64,000 nt of DNA. Origin: Octopus vulgaris. Lineage: Eukaryota. The notes beneath the pieces were generated by a model. The model ran no database searches, was not told where the DNA came from, and was given only the letters and a program-made list of their open reading frames with translations. Location: the NCBI GenBank assembly GCA_951406725.2, contig OX597816.1, positions 9,176,001 through 9,240,000 on the forward strand, written 5' to 3'. The position numbers and the translations under genes were made by a program. Shown here one piece after another: positions 1 to 64,000 of the stretch; position 1 is the stretch's first letter; each line of letters begins with the position of its first letter.

Positions 1-71
1 ACAAATGTCTAATATTTTAATATTCACTTAAAAAAAAAAAGACAAAAAAAAATGGTTTCAGGGTCTCTTAC

Positions 72-60854
<60,783 letters not shown>

Positions 60855-60883
60855 CTATGAAACAAGAAATAATAATAATAATG

Positions 60884-60928
<45 letters not shown>

Positions 60929-60931
<3 letters not shown>

Positions 60932-61528
60932 GCCCTGATGCAGTACCAGGCAGTGGATATGCCCTGATGCAGTACCAGGCAGTGGCTCTCATGGCTTCTG
61001 ATATTAACTGATTGGAAGTGTTATCATGTACATTGTTTTGTCTTGTATAAAAGATGGGCTACAGCAAATATTCTGCTCAATACCACAGATTTGCTTGTCA
61101 GTTGTTTGACCTTAACCAGTTGAGCATGTCCCTTAGTGGCTGACGATATGTGCATCTCTGATCATGAGCAGAAGTAGTGGGGGAGCATCATAGCCATGTG
61201 TTGAGAGGGATTCTTTGGGGTTTGAATAGTTCACCTCTGGAAACATGGGTGGTTCTTTCAACATCCTTAAACAACCCTTATTCAGGGACCGTTTGAGCGG
61301 GATGGGCTACTCAACCTGAAGAAAATTCTAACTGGGCCCCACCTGCAAGGTCATGTGCTGTTTATCTTGATATGAGATCACCATGTCGCGCACATATGGT
61401 TGTGATGCATGTGCCTGGTGTACCTTTATCAGACGGGTAGTCATGATGGGTATATTGGGCTTCGTATATTTTACCCCAGTGTCACTTTGATGGCATGAAC
61501 TGCTCTCTCACTCAATAATAATAATAAT
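60929..61528 (+). mobile_element. Repeat family E, longest copy, with a 5' tandem duplication
   Basis: Embedded in (AAT)n; atgccctgatgcagtaccaggcagtgg occurs twice at the 5' end. Confidence 0.88.
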
Positions 61529-62002
61529 ACTGTTCAGCTCTGCTACAATCTAGATAGAGATCATTATTTTAATAATATTGAAGATGCAGTATCTCTCTAT
61601 AAGAACAACTAATATACTGGCTGAATTCTTTAGTCAGGTTTGCTTTACAGCATATGGAGATGAGGGAGGGAGGGAGAGATAGAGAGAGAGAGAGAGAGTA
61701 GAAGATAGAGAGAAAATTCACATAAGATAAAGTTGATAGAGGAACACTGAATTTGACAAGCAGTGGTAGGGGGATGGTAAAGACGATAGAAACTACAGAG
61801 TTGATAGATGCCAAATATAACAAATGGTTACACGTATACAGAACTAGAGTTTAAGTAGAAGGATAAACCTAACAAATACTTGGTAAAGTGACATAAAGAA
61901 GCAGTAGGTTTACACAACCATGTATGTGTGTGTGTATGTGTATATATATATATATATATCGTGTATATGCATATGTATGTATGTAGATTTATATATATAT
62001 AT

Positions 62003-62225
62003 ATAGGAGAGTTCACGAAAAAAACAAAAGATGAAGATAGGTGGTGTACAAAACAAACAGATGTATTAGTATAATGCTCAGGAATAGAAAAAGTCATTTA
62101 CGTTTCGAGCCTACGCTCTTCTACAGAAAGGGACACAGAAAAAAAAAAACAAGGAGAGAAAAAAAATGTGTGTAGTGGCTACCGATCTATCATGACGACT
62201 GCCGGACAGAAGGGTCACACAGGAT
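62003..62225 (-). mobile_element. Probable Penelope-like terminal fragment with a degenerate hammerhead-like motif
   Basis: Inserted in (TA)n; minus strand ctttctgtagaa-gagc-gtag-gctc-gaaacgta. Confidence 0.5.
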
Positions 62226-62539
62226 ATATATATAGTATTTACTACAAATTATGACTTATTACCCATGGTGGCAAAAGTATACTTCTAAATTTACCCAACA
62301 GATGGCAGATAATACTCTAGTTATGTTATAATCTACATACATATCACTATCTTGATAATATTAAAGAAGTAATATTATGTTATCATCTATTCTGCCGTGG
62401 TTGACTTTGCCTTTCATCCTTTCGGAGTTGATAAATTAAGTACCGGTTGCATACTGGGATCGATCTAATCGACTGGCCCCCTCCGCCAAAATTTCAGGCT
62501 TTGTGCCTAGAGTAGAAAAAAATATTATGTTATAATTGA

Positions 62540-62925
62540 AATCGATCAATGGAAATTGCAGCTGAGACACCAGTGCCAGTGGCACGTAAGAGAACCATCC
62601 GAATGTGGCCGTTGCCAGCACCGCCCCGACTGGCCTTGTGCCGGTGGCACGTAAAAAGCACCATCCATTCGTGGCCATTGCCAGCCTCGTCTGGCCCCCG
62701 TGCCAGTGGCACGTAAAAAGCACCATCCGATCGTGGCCGTTTGCCAGACTCGTCTGGCACGTAAAAAGCACCCACTACACCCACGGAGTGGTTAGCGTTA
62801 GGAAGGGCATCCAGCCGTAGAAACATTGCCAGATCAAACTGGGGCTGGTGCAGCCTTCTGGCTTCCCATACCCCAGTTGAACCGTCCAACCCATGCTAGC
62901 ATGGAAAGCGGACGCTAAACGATGA
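62540..62925 (+). mobile_element. Family D element
   Basis: Four internal repeat motifs plus the family D body. Confidence 0.85.
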
Positions 62926-62939
62926 AGTATATAAAGAAG

Positions 62940-63290
62940 AAGAATCTAGATGTAGATTGCTACTTTAACAAAAATAATCTAGATATAGATTTTTACATTA
63001 ATAATATTAAAGATGAAACCATATGTTACAACCAAGATAGAGATCACTTCTTTAATGATATAATCTGTCATGGATTGCTACTTTAACAATATAAAAAAGG
63101 AATGTAATATGATATCTAAATACAGATTACTACATTAACGATATAATCTAGATACAAACCATTATGGTAATAGTATTAGAAATGTAACATTATGTTGTAA
63201 TCTAGATAGAGATCAATACTTTAATGAAATAATCTAGATACAGATCATTCCATTGATAATATTAAAGATGTATTATGTTATAATGTATGC
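62940..63290. repeat. Degenerate AT-rich minisatellite (taatctagatagagatc..actttaa..)
   Basis: The motif recurs several times; related units at about 61545-61590 and 62320-62390. Confidence 0.7.
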
Positions 63291-63627
63291 GTTACTGCTA
63301 TGAAATATATTTTGTTTAGACTAAGTATAACCAGGGGCAATATTTAAAGAACCACACCAGAAGTAGGGATTCTTTTCATACTTTTTATGAATGTAGAGTC
63401 AATCTGCTTAACTTCACTGTGCTGGCAGAATCTTTAGATCATTGGGAAAAATGCTTTATGGTATCTATTCTGGCTCTGTGAGTTCAAATCTTCTAAGGGT
63501 AGGATCAACTTTACTCGTCGTCCTTCTAGGATCATTAAAATAAAGTACCAGTCAAGTACTGGGATTGAAGGTATCAACTATTCCTTCACTCCACATAATT
63601 TCTGGCTTTTGTCTAAATCAGAAATCA

Positions 63628-63826
63628 GTATTATTATTGTTGTTGTTGTGTTGTTGTTGTTGTTGTTGTTATTATTATTATTATTACTGTTGTTGTTATT
63701 ATTATTATTATTACTACTGTTATTATTATTTTTCCTCTTCTTCTTCTTCTTCTTCTTCTTCTTCTTCTTCTTCTTCTTCTTCTTCTTCTTCTTCTTCTTC
63801 TTCTTCTTCTTCTTCTTCTTCTTCTT

Positions 63827-63857
<31 letters not shown>

Positions 63858-63922
63858 TTATTATTATTATATTTATCATTATTATTATTATCATTATTAT
63901 TATTATATTTATCATTATTATT
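63628..63922. repeat. Compound (TTG)/(TTA)/(TCT)n microsatellite
   Basis: Directly visible; source of the poly-S/K/F/R ORFs. Confidence 0.95.
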
Positions 63923-64000
63923 AAGGCAGTGAGCTGGCAAATTTGCTAGCATGCTGGGCAAAATGCTCGGCGGTATTTTGTCTGCCACTACATTATGAGT
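63923..64000 (+). mobile_element. SINE family C 5' part (cut by the window end)
   Basis: aaggcagtgagctggca..agcatgctgggcaaaatgc head. Confidence 0.75.

Noticed and set aside
63565-63988. Poly-S/K/F/R/N ORFs, and the YI/HT/VC-rich ORFs elsewhere
   Set aside because: Microsatellite translations.

Overview
AT-rich, microsatellite- and SINE-dense eukaryotic DNA. The repeat landscape suggests an octopus or other coleoid cephalopod (inference). Almost all entries in the ORF track are spurious translations of repeats. The whole window lies inside one minus-strand gene, a voltage-gated calcium channel alpha-2/delta subunit (CACNA2D family, closest in motifs to alpha2delta-3/4 and straightjacket). 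I reconstructed 11 internal GT-AG exons by hand (898 nt, about 299 codons, 1.4% of the window). They splice in frame with consistent phases: EDAYKLLGVVGTDVPIDQIISLIPKYQ-LGVHGYAFAITKKGYVLFHPEFRPF-DNGRPKTNYNSVDLTEVELTSNVSV-VKNLETAMKDGHQGSISMNVAVHKDF-IRVSKRRYHYYYNNIAGFPFS-LALVFPEKYGNLQLKTNFDIGK-KDVLRNKSFRLSRW-KYCENQEETSMSRLYESIMRAKRATPEKC-DRDLVNLLAFDADMLVKLFKVWKGKKREKIKK-KGVEIIFVGTSSGLFLYEQFVDELTDF-TILHMQDTISSSYYEQAVEVGRARDEMRCRHGINETYTFSVPINTFLQRGN. The gene continues past both ends of the window. The introns (2-18.6 kb) hold three tRNA-derived SINE families, an RTE-related non-autonomous element, decayed RTE, CR1, R4/Dong and Penelope retroelements, Helitrons, hAT/piggyBac/mariner MITEs, several long inverted repeats and a hammerhead-ribozyme-like motif. 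I cannot support a new multi-gene system. The best leads are the hammerhead motif, the intronic dsRNA hairpins (possible A-to-I editing substrates) and a few divergent features of the alpha2delta protein. Exon coordinates were counted base by base; most repeat boundaries are approximate.
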